A stretch of 62,516 bases of DNA, the filler included, from Basidioascus undulatus (taxonomy: Eukaryota), in NCBI GenBank assembly GCA_000826855.1. It is 6 parts of 6 records of this genome, joined end to end, with 100 filler letters (N's around TTAATTAATTAA, not from the genome) between each part and the next. Parts side by side here need not be neighbours in the genome. Positions count along the whole stretch, not along the records: positions 31,341 to 41,672 come from JTLS01001143.1; positions 41,773 to 52,095 come from JTLS01001144.1; positions 52,196 to 62,516 come from JTLS01001145.1; 3 more parts are not named here. One strand, 5' to 3'. This document shows positions 38,732 to 54,138 of this stretch, in pieces. The translations under genes were made by a program, and so were the position numbers. How positions within the stretch are numbered: position 1 is the first letter of the stretch; every line of letters starts with the position of its first letter. Below the pieces are notes generated by a model, which saw nothing but the letters and a program-made list of their open reading frames with translations, did no database searches and had not been told where the DNA came from.

Positions 38732-40146
38732 ATGCCAGTGCCCACCGAATTTGCTAGCCAGGCCGGCTCAGACCAGCACAGGTCTTTAAATTCACACCAT
38801 CCGTCCTTCTCGGTCGCGCCCCCATCTCATCCCCATCGCCCCCGTTACCCGCATCCGACCTCGGAGCCACCCACCCCCATGCCTGGCCATTACGACTACC
38901 CCTTAAACTATGTCGAATCGATGTCTCAAGCGCCGTACTTGAGCGCGGACGACTCCCAGACGCTGGCGGGCGAGTACGCATACTTGGGCTCCGCGCACTA
39001 CCCGACACTTCCCCCACTTTACGCGTATGCATCGCAGCAATCTTCGAGCGTCCCAGATCATTACATCACCAGTCCCCGCGAGGATGAGGATTACCTGTAC
39101 CGCTCAATTCAGCCTGCACCGCGCTCACCCCCACCCCCGGCTCCGCCCCTGCCGTTCGACTCCCATCCGATGCGGGTGTACCTGCTGCACTGCGCTCGCT
39201 GCGATACGTTTCTTGTAAGTGTTGAAAATTCTTGCAATCGAAATTTCAGGCATGAGCTGAGCCTATTTTCACCTGAACAGTCTGATCGCGGGATGAAGGT
39301 GAGCCCCCTTCAGCGTGGCTTTTTCGCCGAAGTCCTTGCTTCTTACCCTATTATGTCAGGCCGTTCTGCTCCTCAAACCCGGAATAAACCTCTTCTCGGC
39401 TGATACTCCTCCTATCAATGCCGCCCCGTTGCCACCGCCGGACGCAAACGAAGCCAACAGCTCCATGCGGACGTGCGACTGCCTGACACAGTCGCTCGGC
39501 TGCACCGGGTGCGGTTCGCTAATTGTACGCTGATCCTGCCTGGGACCTCATACGCTGAATGAGTTTCAATGCTAACTGTGCTCCCGGCGTACAGGGTTAC
39601 TCGATCCTCTCCCCCTGCGAGCGGTGCACGGCGTCCGTGACGCGGCACCAGCGGACAGCCAACGGGCACCGACACGTCTTCCATTCTTCTGAGGGTGCGT
39701 CTGACTCATAATGCTCCACTTCAACCAAAATCAAAATTCAGCGGTCTTGTTAATGCTCATAATCCTCTTCGATTATCATCACCACAGTCCGCGCCACGCA
39801 GCGCCGCTACGCGCCCGGCGACCAGGGTGTCATTTCACCCCGGGCCGTCCACCCATCCCAAACACAATCTTCTACTCGCCCACGTTCCGCCCACTCTCCC
39901 TCTTCCTCACTCACCCACGCACTGGGTCCGATCCAACCGCCGACGCCCACAGCCGATTCGAAGGATGCTCCCTCTCTCGCACGATGCCCGCCGGGGCACC
40001 GGGCGACGCACGCCGCGACGGCTTCACAGCGACAGTGGCGCGACGGGCAGACTGTTTACTGGTCGAGCCTTGTCAAGGGCGGCGAGCGCACGACGGCGAT
40101 CGACTCGCACGCCGTGCTCCGCATGCGGTACCGCTCTGGACGCTGA
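38732..40146 (+). CDS. FAM72-family Cys-rich protein, multi-exon
   Basis: VYLLHCARCDTFLSDRGMKAVLLLKPGINLFSADTPP, RTCDCLTQSLGCTGCGSLIGYSILSPCERC, NGHRHVFHSSEV, VYWSSL. TGA at 40144-40146. Start codon uncertain. Confidence 0.85.
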
Positions 40147-40158
40147 ACTTGTTCCCTA

Positions 40159-40220
40159 GCTTCGCTTACTCTCAGTCCCCTTCCGCATGCTCCCACACGG
40201 CTTCGCTTACTCTCAGTCCC
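40159..40220. repeat. 21-nt direct repeat in the FAM72-like 3' region
   Basis: GCTTCGCTTACTCTCAGTCCC at 40159 and 40200. Confidence 0.9.
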
Positions 40221-40689
40221 GCAATACCCGAAAATCGTTCTCGTTGAGTAATACCCATCTTCTAGTACCCATCGTTCTGTCACGCTCAGCATCATCGCAT
40301 ACCCTAAACGTCTCCTCTGACTATTCGTTTCCTCGCAATGTTACTTCCTCGACGCATCTACGCATTTATGCATCGCTCTTCTAGTCTTTTGTTTTCCTAG
40401 CTTCCGTCATAAGATATCATGCACACGTGCTATTCAGAGACCCGATAATTATGCGTACAACGCATCAGCGTGTGTGCATCGCAATTCGGTCCAAGGTATA
40501 CATGCGTATGCATGAATAAGGGTGTATAACAGTGTGTTTTAAAAATCGTTATAGTAGGGCGAAAAGGCGGTGCCCGAAAAAAGAGAGGGGAGATCGTAAT
40601 GTCCGGTGGTGCGCGAGCGCAAATAAAGAGATGGCGCCGGTCGACGCCAAACCCCTCCTTCCACTCCAGCTCCAGCTTCAGCTTCGCAT

Positions 40690-41611
40690 TTAGCCCCTCC
40701 GCCTGCTCTCGCGCACGGGGCCTCCGCCGCCGTTAGGGTGCCGCTCGAGGTAGGCGCGGAGCTTGGTCCTGCGGTCCATACGATCTGGGTCAGCATGTTC
40801 TGGATGGGTTAGGAACGGGAGGCAGGTGGGACGCACCGGTCCACTTTTTGGATATAATAGTCGCCCCCGCCGTCGCCCCAGCTCACGGAGCCGGGGTAGT
40901 ACCGCCCCTTGACGGGCTGGAGGATGGCGGTGGGAGAGTGGACCTGCGGGGGAGGGAAGGGACGCGCGAGTGAGCCGGGAAGGAAAAAAGGAGGAGGGGA
41001 AAAAGGACGCACAGTGGCATCGGTGATGCGGAAGTGGGGCGGGACGAAGGGACGGAGGGAGACGACTTGAGCGCCGTCGGGGAGGTCGAGGAAGAGAAGG
41101 GAGAGCCGCTCGTTCAGGGTCGAGGTGAACGCTGGATCGGGAAGGGCATGGCGTGAGCGAAGGGGGCATGGCGGAGAGATTAGTGGGGGCGATGTCGAAC
41201 GAACCGTCTGGTCGAGCGGAGGATGATCAGTTAACAAAAGAGGAGTAGGACAAGAAGGGAGCTAAGGATGTAGACACACAGTTATTGACAAGCACGACGT
41301 CCGCCCTCTTCAGTACGTCCGCGACCCACTGTTCCTCGCACATATCCCCAAGCCTGCAGCGCATGTCCCCGCCGCCAACGCCCCACATGCACCAGCGGAC
41401 CTTGGCCTCGCGGAGCTGGCGCGTCGCCATGCTGGCCGGCGCGTCCATCTGCTCGACGCCCCATGCCTCGGCGCCCGCCTCGAGCGCGACCTGGTGCACG
41501 ACGTTGCCGACGCCGGAGCCAAGGTCGATGAACGTCTTGCCTGGCCCGAGGGCCGTCGTGTGGATGATGTGCGAGACGAAGGGGGGGAGGATCTCGCCGT
41601 AGACGTTGGAG
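40690..41611 (-). CDS. DOT1: Histone H3K79 methyltransferase Dot1, 3' part
   Basis: NVYGEILP, FIDLGSGVGNVVHQVALE, WGVE, ADVVLVNNYAF, LDLPDGAQVVSL, GSVSW. TAA at 40690-40692. Confidence 0.93.
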
Positions 41612-41672
41612 CTGGGCGGGGGGTCAGTTAGGGGGACGAAGGGATGGATCGGTAGAAGGGGCACACGCACTC

Positions 41673-41772
41673 NNNNNNNNNNNNNNNNNNNNNNNNNNNN
41701 NNNNNNNNNNNNNNNNTTAATTAATTAANNNNNNNNNNNNNNNNNNNNNNNNNNNNNNNNNNNNNNNNNNNN
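41673..41772. other. Artificial contig spacer
   Basis: N44-TTAATTAATTAA-N44. Confidence 0.99.
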
Positions 41773-41850
41773 GATTCAGGTTGTATGATGGCATGGACAA
41801 GAGGGTGCAGGGAGCGGGTCGGGGCAGTGTTGACCTCCCTGGCCTTCCAG

Positions 41851-44239
<2,389 letters not shown>

Positions 44240-44808
44240 TCGGTTCCCGTGCGTTGCGTCGGTTTTGTATTCCACTCGGAGGTACGGGAGGCCTCGCAGC
44301 TGACTCGGGAGCGTCGGACACAGATTCCTTTGTTCGCTCGCTTCTGTATCGCGGACCTCTTGATGACTGCCCTGGGGCACGCTACTACGCTTCGACATGA
44401 CTGTATGAATTTTGTGATGTAACTTTAGTGTCATTGCGGTTTGATGTAACCGCAAGTTTGAGCATGCTGAGAGCGCAATGCATTGAAAGGAGCAGAAACG
44501 CCGGACATGTTGCACCAGCGCGTACAAGGATGAGGCGCCTTCGGTTTATAATCGGCAGGGTATTGCATCAAGTACCGCACAATGCTCTCTGCGCAGAGAA
44601 GTAGAGAAGGTGGTTGGAGTTGGTTGAGCGCAGAAGGGCTCGATAGACTCCGAAGGTTGTGCAGGTGTGCCGTAATTGCTTGCGTGCCACAGACGAGCTC
44701 TCTGTCGCCGCTCAAAGATTCGAGGCTTGTCCTTCGCGGATATCTTCTCAGCTGGTCCTCCAACAGCACCGTTCTCGTCTCTCTTCAGCCACCTGCAGCA
44801 TACCAAGA

Positions 44809-45974
44809 ATGCCCGTCACCCCCACTCCCTCTCTCGCCGACCCTGCGTCTGTAGCCCCGCCGCCACACGACCTCCGTCGCGGCAACGAGGACCAGGCGCG
44901 CCGTGCGCTCAACGATCCTCACGCGGAACCATCCCAACAGAGGGGCTCCACCTTCGGATCGATTCACGAGGATCTTCTTCCGCCTTTGAATAATGAGCAG
45001 GCCGATCGGGCGACCAATGGTGCGTCTGACTTTCACATGACGTACAGGTTGTCGGGGCTCTTACAAGGGGAGATTTGAGTATCGAAGTACGACGGTTGGC
45101 CATGGAGTACGACTTCCAGTTCAAACAGCCTGGTGCAGGGCAGCAGAAGTGAGCGGTCATGTATGGGTGGGAGGAGAGGTGGACGCAGTGGCCATGTCAG
45201 CAGGAAGCTTCGGTCGTCAGTGATGAATCTCAAAACAAACGAAATGATTTTGGATCTTGGGTAATGGTGTACGCAGTGGGTAGTTGCCAATTCTACGGGA
45301 AAAGGTGCTTGTGAGTGAACAGACGCGTATGCCCTGCCCGACGACAGTTCCGTGGAGCGACGCAACCCTGAGGGAGAGCCAGATGTGAACCTTGCGTCTT
45401 GAATCCTGAATTTTGATTCTGAGAAGGGATACAACTCTGTTGGACCGAACTACCTGCGGAAAGTACGTGAATTGATGGCCGCTGTTCGACAGCTTGTGGA
45501 GCAGCGCAACCCTGAGGAGGCGCGAGAAGGGAGTGAAGTGTTGGCTCTTAGGTCTAAGTGTTTCACCTTCGAGAGAAGCGGTGTTATCGAGGTGGACTAT
45601 CGAGACAGGCCACGTTCGACACCCTCATGGAGCGGCGGCGCAACCCGGGGGAAGCCCAGACGAGAGGAAGAGGAAGTTCTTGAGTCAGAAACGGGTATCT
45701 TGGGGATGAGGGGTTGTCGAGGGGGCTTAACGAGTGATCTACTGGCTGGCGCCGGCGGTGGACGGCGAGCACTAGGAGTACCGAGAGGATGAGAAGAGCC
45801 AAGCCGCCCAGGGAAATACCTACTGCGTCTCCGACTGGACCTCCCAGAGGAAAGAGAGAAGTCTCCAGCTGCGACTGCTGCTGCTCGTCCATGAGCTTGC
45901 CAGAGTGTCGCCATCACACATCTCAGACCGGTACGAGAGGTAGAACAGGGCTGATGAAGGTATTGAAGAGGTAA
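44809..45974 (+). pseudogene. Possible decayed gene of unknown family
   Basis: Protein-like blocks (MPVTPTPSLADP.., IEVRRLAMEYDFQF, NYLRKVRELMAAVRQLVE) separated by stops and frameshifts. No recognised motif. Confidence 0.25.
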
Positions 45975-48699
45975 GAGTCGTTTCCAGAAAACCTCATGGA
46001 TTCTTGCTTGTTACTCTGTCAATATGAGCGCACCGGCTCAGTGTTCGTTACTTGCTAGCATGGAAAGCGGAGCTCGGGAATTGGATGAGGCTGTGCCATC
46101 CAGCTCTGGAATATTAAAGTGTGACTGTGCGTCTGCCTTACTTTCACGAGGATACCGCGCGCACGCAAATAGGGAGCCTAATGAGGGATGCCGACTGCGG
46201 AAGAGGTGAAACGGCGGCGTTGCCGTTTTCATTCATTCGTGCCTGCTTCAGCAATCAACTCCTTCCTCTTTCTCCTCTACAGAAAGTGGAAAAGCCTCCA
46301 GGGGTGCGTTTTGGTAGCTTTTTGTGTCTGCGTGGCAATGTTGATTATGTGAGGGCGGAAGCACGTACTGTGTTCAGACGGTCCCGGACTACGCTGAAGG
46401 GGAAAACGGACCCGATTGACTGGTGCCAGCACATTGCGCAAGTCGTGAGCTGGATCGAGAAGCCACACCAACAAAGATCCCAGCTACGCCTATACAGCGC
46501 ACCGACAAATCATGGGAGTCGGTGGTGTGGGTGAGGTGTTGAAGGGAGAAAGGAATCAACCATAGCTCGAGAGCAAATGAAGATGTGCGAGTGGGAGGAG
46601 AAGCCACTGAGTGCAGGCCGCGGCATACAGCTCTTGCTTTCAACAGCTAACAGTGAACATGAAATGGAAGAGGCCTTGTCCTACAGAGGGAAAAAAATGG
46701 GTGTTAATGCGGCAGTCGAAAGATGCAAGCTTCGGCACAATCGGTCAATGTAAGCTGTAAAAACAGACGGCACTCGCAACTTCAGACTATCAGCACCACT
46801 CTCTCTTGTTGTCGATCGACGTGGCGACAAACATCATCAGTGCGTGTTCTGAATCTCATCCCTTGGCAAGCACTGCCGCCTTTCAAACCTTCCACCCTCT
46901 TCAGCCGGAGTCGTCCAGACGCCCGTCGCGAAAGTCTGATGTCCTTGGGCGTGCGGAGTGCTACGCTATCATGGGTAAGCCACTTGAACTTGCACTGCTT
47001 AGCGTGATCAGCAACAGCTGATGAGAGGCGTTTATTATCACATCAAAGCTCTGTTCCACACCATTGGCCACATGGTCATTGCATCGTCAAGCAACATCGA
47101 TGTATACGCTTTCCAGAAGATATAACAAACTTTCCCGGATGAGTGCGCAAAAGCCAGGCAGTTCCGTTCTGTACTGGCGAAAATGAGCCACGAGGCTGTT
47201 AGAGAACGTCGGCGCGCCTCTCCCGCTCTTCGTTGATGAGCATGGCTTGCTCGCTACTGCACACGTTCTGCTGATGAGACGCCTCGGTAAATCTGTACGC
47301 GCCAAGGGCTTGGCGCTCGAGTAGGTGCACGAAAACAATGATGCCTTCGAATGGAGCGGCAGCGCCCGGGGAGGAAGGAGGGGAGTTATTGCTGCTGCGG
47401 ACGTGTACGCGATTCGCGGTGGTTCGCAAGCGGGGACTGCAGGGTATTCAAGTGCCAAGTGGGGATGTCGACTGAGGGAGGGTCATGGAAGGTCTTCACG
47501 GCGGTCGTTTCTTCGGGATGCGACTCAAGTGTCAGCGTTTGGACTTGACGGAGACGAGAAGACCAGCGAGACGAGTAGTATTTACAAATGAAATGCAAGC
47601 TGAAACGATCGGCGCCGTTTGTCCGGTGTCGCGACGATGATGACGAGCGGGCGAGTGCAGGCGCCCGTCCGACCGAGGCAGCGCCGCTGAGGCTGAGTTT
47701 GGCCCCTCTGCCATCTCGTCCTCTCGCGCACTTTGCAACGCGACACTGCCCTCGCCCTCCAAACACCCTTTTGCCTCCGGCCTTCCCCCCTTTCTCCCCG
47801 CCGACACCCTTGTCCTCCCCATCGCCAACGATCCCGACGCTCTCTTTGACGACGCCGTAGAGGGACCGACCAGCGCCCCCAACCTCCCCCGCCCGCTCGC
47901 GCTCCGCTTCCCCCTGCTTGGCGACCGCCTCCACCCGGAGTCGACCTTCACGCTCTGCGCAGCCTGCTTTGCGCTCTGCTGTGACAGGCTTCAGGTGAGC
48001 TGGCATATCCTCGTTCTGGAGGCATGGGGCGAGCTCGAGGACGCCCCGGTGGACACGATGATCCATGTTCTGCGGCCGATTTCCGCTGGCGGAGGAGGGC
48101 TGAGCGCTGGATGTTCCCCTCGTGGCCATGGGGGGAACGTGCGCTGCCTCACGATTTGGGCAGTGCACGCGGTGCAATGTTGGGATGAATATCTTGGCGA
48201 TGGCAGCCCGCCGTCAACCGGCGTCCTGACCGAGTGGCATGCGGGTACGCGCGCCCTACTTCTTTCTCCCATTGTCACCGCTACAAACAAAGCGCCATAA
48301 TGGCGTAGCAGCGACTGTTGTCTCTGTTCACTTTACGATCGAGCTAGTCAAGACGCCCGGCTACAGTCTCCCCGCACCGACACTCATCTTCCGCGCTGAC
48401 GCTTGCTACCTTTGCCCGTCTCGCTCTTAGCCTCTCGCCCCAATTCGCACTCCTCGAAGTCCGACTCGGTATCTAGAGTCCTCCTCACTCTCGTAAGTCT
48501 CCTCGCCATCCCCGCCGAGCAAGTCGACAGCGCTCCAGACGAGGGTCTCGTCACTTTGAGCGCCTGGCTGTCTCACCCGAGCTCACGCCAAGGGCTCGTC
48601 GATCTCGTTCGCTTACCGGCGCACCGTCACACCCCTCAGGACTTGCTTTTGCGGTCGGTGATCCCGCTCTCCTTCCCCTCCCCTTCTCATTCATCCGCC

Positions 48700-51156
48700 A
48701 TGTCGGCTCTGCCGCCGCCATCAGCCCTCGGCGACTCGCCGTACCCCGCCATGCCCCTTCCGCGCGATCCGTACGCTCGCCCCGCAGCTGCGTCAACCCC
48801 CTCTCACGACCCCACCAACGGCTGGGGCGCGTACGAGCGGCAGCGCCCAGTCGGTGGAGGCGGCGCTGCAGGTCCTGGCCCAGAGGCGGCGCAGCAGCGG
48901 CACCCGTACCAGCCTCAGCCGCAGCCGGCCCGGACAGATGGCTACACCGCCCGAGGGTCGTCCGCAGCGACATCCTCGCTCGACTCGCATGCACCACCGC
49001 CGTCCTCTTACGAAACGGCCGCTCCGCCGTCTAGCAATGGCCACTCGGTTGATCACTACGAGCGCCAGCGTCCACAACCTCCTCCTTACTTAAGCGTCGA
49101 CTCGCATCAATCTCCCCTCCGACAAGGACCGCCAAGCGACGACAGCCACTACCCACCTCCTTCCCCCGCGTCCCCTTCTGCTCCCTCGTTCTCGCAATCC
49201 GCGTCTGCGGACGATTACCCGCCTCAGCCCCGCCCGGACAAGGGCAAGGGGCGAGAAGATCCGTACCCGCCGCCGCCTCCGCAGCCGATCGCGGAGGAGC
49301 AGTACCAACCTCCAGCGCGGCGCGAGTCGCGGCGCCTCCCTCGCGTGCCCCATCAGCAACAAGAACCGTTCCCCTCGAACGGCTACCCGCCTAACGGCGT
49401 CCCTTCCCCCTCGCCCCGCCCCTCCGAGCGCTCGCAGTCCAACTCGAACCAGTCGCACAGCTCGCCGGCCGACCAGAGCGGGCGCCACTCGTCCTTCTAC
49501 CTCGACCAGACGCACGCGGGCTCGCGCTACAGCCAGGCGTCGACGCCGCCGTCCGGCAGCGGCGAGTATGAGGGCGGCGGTGGAGGCGGTAGAGCGGTGT
49601 CGGGGCAGTGGGACCAGAGCTGGATGGCGGGGACGGGGATCCAGATGAGCGGTGGGTCGAGCCAGGAGCACGTCACGCCCGCTGCGCTCATGGACCAACG
49701 GCATCTGAAACCGTGCGTATTCTGCTCTCTCGGTAGGTAGCGGTGGATCGTCAGAGGAGTGTTAACGTTGAGTGGGTGATGGGCATCTGCAGGGGCAAGC
49801 AAGCCGCGTTGCTCTCGCACCAGAAGACCCTCGAGCTGTACCGGATGAACGCGCGCAAGACGAACGACCCGGACTTGAACTTCGAGCTCGCCGTGTTCCA
49901 GATCGAGGCGTCCAAGTCGCTCGCGCCGACGCCGGAGAACGTCGCGGACCCGAACAACGACAAAGAGCGGGACAACCTCGTGCGCGAGGCGATGAGCATC
50001 CTCAAGCGCCTCGCCGACCGCGGGCACATGGAGAGCCAGTACTTTCTCGCCGACTGCTACGCCAACGGCTTCGGCACCGTCCGCAACCGCCAGGACTTCG
50101 AGAAGGCCTTCCCCCTATTCGTCCTCGCTGCCAAGCATGGCCACCCGGACGCCGCGTACCGCGCAGGCACGTGCTGTGAGAACGGGTGGGGTTGCAGAAG
50201 GGACAGCGCGAAGGCGATCGTGTTCTACAAGTTCGTCTCTCCTTCCATCATCAACATCTTCTGTCCACTCAAACTGACTCCTTCCACCGTTTCAATCACA
50301 CAGGAAAGCCGCCGCCGCGCTTCATCCCGGTGCGCTGTACCGGCTCGGCACGTCTGAACTGCGGGGCGAGCTGGGCCTGCCGAAGCGGCCGAAGGACGGC
50401 GTGAAGCACCTTAAGCGCTCGGCCGAGCTCGCGACGGAGGAGTTCCCGCACGCGCTGCACGAACTCGCGCTCCTGCACGAGACGGGCGTAGAGAACGTCC
50501 TCTTCATCGACCTCGAGTACGCCGCGGAGCTCCTCGCGCAGGCGGCTGAGCTCGGCTACGCCCCGAGCGCGTTCAAGCTCGGCGAGTGCTACGAGTATGG
50601 CAAGATGGGGTGCCCGCAGGACGCGGCGCTCAGTATCCACTACTACGTACGTTGAGCTGTGTTGGGTTTTTGTCATGATGGGGTCGGGTCGCTGATGGTG
50701 GTGGGGTTTGATGGACAGAACATCGCCGCGCAGCAGAACCACCGCGAGGCGTGCTTCGCGCTCACCGCATGGTACCTCGTCGGCTCACCTGGCGTCCTCC
50801 CTCAGTCGGACACGGAGGCGTATCTTTGGGCGAAGAAGGCCGCGCAGCAAGGTCTGGCCAAGGCCGAGTACGCAGTTGGTTACTTCACCGAGGTCAGTCT
50901 CTCCCTGCGTTCTCCTCACGCGTCATCGCTCGCTTCGTATACTTATCGGGGCGCTGGTGTTGGGCAGGTTGGCATCGGCACGACGCAGGACCAGCGCATG
51001 GCCCAGGAGTGGTTCCGCAGTGCCGCGGCGCACGGCGACAAGCGCGCAATCGCGCGCTTGAAGGGCGGGCCGGTTCAGGCGCTCACGAACGACGATGCGG
51101 GCGGCGGTGGCGGCGGTGGTGGTGGGGCGAAGGACAAGGACTGCGTGATCATGTGA
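48700..51156 (+). CDS. Chitin synthase activator, Chs4/Skt5 family (Sel1-like repeats, CaaX)
   Basis: Pro-rich N-terminus, TLELYRMNARKTND, SQYFLADCY, AAKHGHPDAAYRAG, LGECYEYGKMGCP, LTAWYLVG, AEYAVGYFTEVGIG, and C-terminal CVIM prenylation motif. Confidence 0.93.
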
Positions 51157-51734
51157 GAGGACAGGGGAATCCGGGATGTGTGGGACTGGCAGGCCGGGCC
51201 TTTCAATCAGCATCGCTTTCTTTCATTTGTTACCATCCTTGTTTTACTGTTCTTTTCCAATCATCATCGCTTTGGGACGCTTCGCGAGGATTATCTCACC
51301 CGCAAATCCTACCACACTCCCCTCCTTTACGACTCCTTTCCCTTCCTCCTCTTGTCTCCACTCTCTTGCTCTCTCATCGCACGGGTCACTCTTTCCATCT
51401 AACACTCCAGCAGGTTTTCGCATACACATCTACATGTCTTCTCACTCCTCGCACATCGCCTCGCCTGACTACTGAACCTCCCTCCCTCACTTCTTCACCC
51501 TCGCCTGCATCGCTCGTTGGTGCTTCTGATAGACTAGCTAGTTCCAGATAGTCTGATATCATTCATTTGATTTCAGCGTGGAGAGGTGTACTTAAACGCG
51601 GTCTGCTCTGCCGACTTTTCACGTTGATCTGGCTCGAGGGTGTGGTCATCCATACAGCAAGCTTCGTCCTGTTCCCAACACTTCAGTCGGCCCTGTACCA
51701 TCTCAATCCATACCCCCCGCATCCAAGCAAAATC

Positions 51735-52095
51735 ATGACACAGCCCGCCGCAGACATCCAAGCGTACCTCGACGCGCACTCGGAGGCGCAAGACAACCTG
51801 CGGGAGGAATACCGCGCGAGCGTGCGCGGCGCGGGGGCGGGGCACATCCCGCGCTTCACTCGCGACCCGGGGATCGTCCCCGACGGCGGTGTCGCGGACA
51901 ACATCACTATCACGGCCGACGCCGTCGGGTCCGCGTACTACCTCGCCCCCGTCGGTGACGCGCAGACGCCGCACGCCCCACTGCGCGCGCTGGACCTCAC
52001 GCCCGTGGAGCAGGAGGCGTACGAGAGCTACTTTGGGAGAGGGCGGAGCGGGGGCGAAGGAGTAGGGGGGAGGAGGGGGAGAAGGAAGAGCGGGG
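51735..52095 (+). CDS. Hypothetical protein, 5' fragment
   Basis: ATG in AAATCATGA context followed by an open GC3-rich frame (MTQPAADIQAYLDAHSEAQDNLREEYR..) to the contig end. Confidence 0.55.
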
Positions 52096-52195
52096 NNNNN
52101 NNNNNNNNNNNNNNNNNNNNNNNNNNNNNNNNNNNNNNNTTAATTAATTAANNNNNNNNNNNNNNNNNNNNNNNNNNNNNNNNNNNNNNNNNNNN
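52096..52195. other. Artificial contig spacer
   Basis: N44-TTAATTAATTAA-N44. Confidence 0.99.
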
Positions 52196-53008
52196 CTAGA
52201 CCGGGCAAACGAGAGTGCGATCCACACTCTCATCCGTGCGTCCCTCTTCCCTCTTTCCTCCACACCACTGTTCCTGTTCCCTCTCCTCATGCAAAAACCG
52301 CCCGACCCAGCACGGGATCTCCCTCCCGCTCGCCGTGCGCCCCACCTCCCCCCACAAAGGCTTCGGCCTCTTCGCACGCGCGCCGATAAGGCAGGGCACG
52401 TTCGTGTGCGAGTACGCGGGCGAGGTCGTTTCCACGTCTGAGTTCCGGAGGCGTGCGGAAGGCAGGAAGGAGAGGGGGGAGGGGAACTATGTGCTTTGTC
52501 TGAGGGAACGGATGGGGGGCAGGGTGTGGAGGACCAATATCGATCCTACTCACATCGGGAACATCGGGTGCGTCTTTTCTTTCTCCGAACGCTTCTCCCT
52601 TTCCTGAGAGAGTTGGTGGGGCAGCCGCTTTATCAACCACCACCACCCGCCCTCGACACCCCTCGTCCTCATCCCGCTCCGCACTCCAGGCGCGCTCGTT
52701 CCCCGCGCCGCGCTGTTTGCCGCAAGAAATATTGAAGAGGGAGAGGAGTTGGGATACGATTATGGCGATGCCGGAGGTGAGAGGTGGTTCTTCGGTGCCG
52801 GCGCTGGGAAGAGAGAGGAAGAGGAGAAGGTGGAGGGGGAGAAGGATGAAGGAGGGGAGGGGAGGACGCCGTGTGCCTGCGGGTCGAGCGGGTGAGTTCG
52901 AGGCCACTTCTTTGTTGGAGAAAGGGGACGCGCGGTGGAATAGGGCTGATCTCGGAGTGCGGGTCGAACAGTTGTACGGGCTGGCTGCCTTATGACCCGG
53001 ACTTGTGA
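52196..53008 (+). CDS. Pre-SET/SET/post-SET lysine methyltransferase, SETMAR-like without transposase, 5' truncated
   Basis: CSC..CKNRPTQ, KGFGLFA..I..GTFVCEYAGEVV, IDPTHIGNIGRFINH, LFAARNIEEGEELGYDYG, post-SET CACGSSGCTGWLPYDPDL-stop. Confidence 0.88.
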
Positions 53009-54079
53009 CCCGATTTCAGCCCTTGACTACCTCTGCCGTGTCTGCGCGCATATTCAAAGTTCCAGTTGATCATCGCGCTGCACAGACCAGAAGCGGCAGC
53101 ACAACGGGACTCTGGGGCGGCACACACCTTCCTTCTCACCTCTCCCTTGACATCGACTCAAACCCATCTCGAACCCTCGAAAGCCGGCTCACTCACGTGC
53201 TTCCCCATCGCTCGCCCACACATGGTGCAGTCCATCCTGCCCCTTTCGTCTTCTCCTGTAGCTATCGCCCCGCGCTTTTGAGAAAAGTCTCGCCACAAGT
53301 CCCCTCGCATCGATAAACTCTTTACACTTCTCGATTTCATTTCGGAGCCACGCTCATCTTCACATAAGCTTCCCCTCCCGCTGCTAATCCCGACAACCCC
53401 TCGAAGCCTTGCAATACTTTTCGTTTATCTGGGACTCCTCGACCTCGTGAACAGTCAACCGCCTCGCTGCCTGTACATGTCTTTACGCCCCGCGTCTCGC
53501 CAACCACATGCTTGCACCCAAACTTCACTCCCGCGAATTGCGGACGCTTTCGCACCTTTTCTGAGATACCTTACATTTATTAACTCAAGAACGCCAGCCT
53601 CAATTTGACCGCCTCCAAGAGGGTGCGGGACGGTGGACGAATTGGGTAGGCGCCTTAGGCGCCGGTTTGCAATGTTTTGTATACTGCCATCGTGGCTTTC
53701 GAGGATACGAGCCAATTCATTCAGTCAGATATTCCTGCTTGAGAGCTGAAGATCAATTCAGTGGGGATTCGCGCGGCGATCTGCCGGTCAAACTCAGGCT
53801 GCAGTGGCCACGAGTCTCGCGGATTTGTCCAGTTTAGCGCGCAGTTGGTCTCTGACGCAGTTATGAGCTTGTAGCTCTAAAGATTTCATAGTTTGTGAAG
53901 TTGCAGCGCAGGGTTCCTTCCCCAGGTCCCACAAGCTACGTTGGATACGGTGTGGGCCTGCGATCGTGAGACGAGTTTTGCTGCTCTGGAGTTCCAGGGT
54001 CTTTCCGTCATAGAAAATCAGCCCCAGCTTGAATCTGTAGATGACTTACCATCATGTTCAATCCCTCTAGTTAAAAATA

Positions 54080-54138
54080 GGGGAAATGGGGAAACGGAGC
54101 AACGGGGCAACGGGGAAACGGGGAAACGGGAAACGGGG
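54080..54138. repeat. G-rich octamer array (GGGGAAAC-like, about 7 units)
   Basis: GGGGAAAT GGGGAAAC GGAGCAAC GGGGCAAC GGGGAAAC GGGGAAAC GGGAAAC GGGG. Confidence 0.9.

Noticed and set aside
54067..54071. Helitron 3' end (CTAG followed by T)
   Set aside because: No convincing GC-rich subterminal hairpin upstream.
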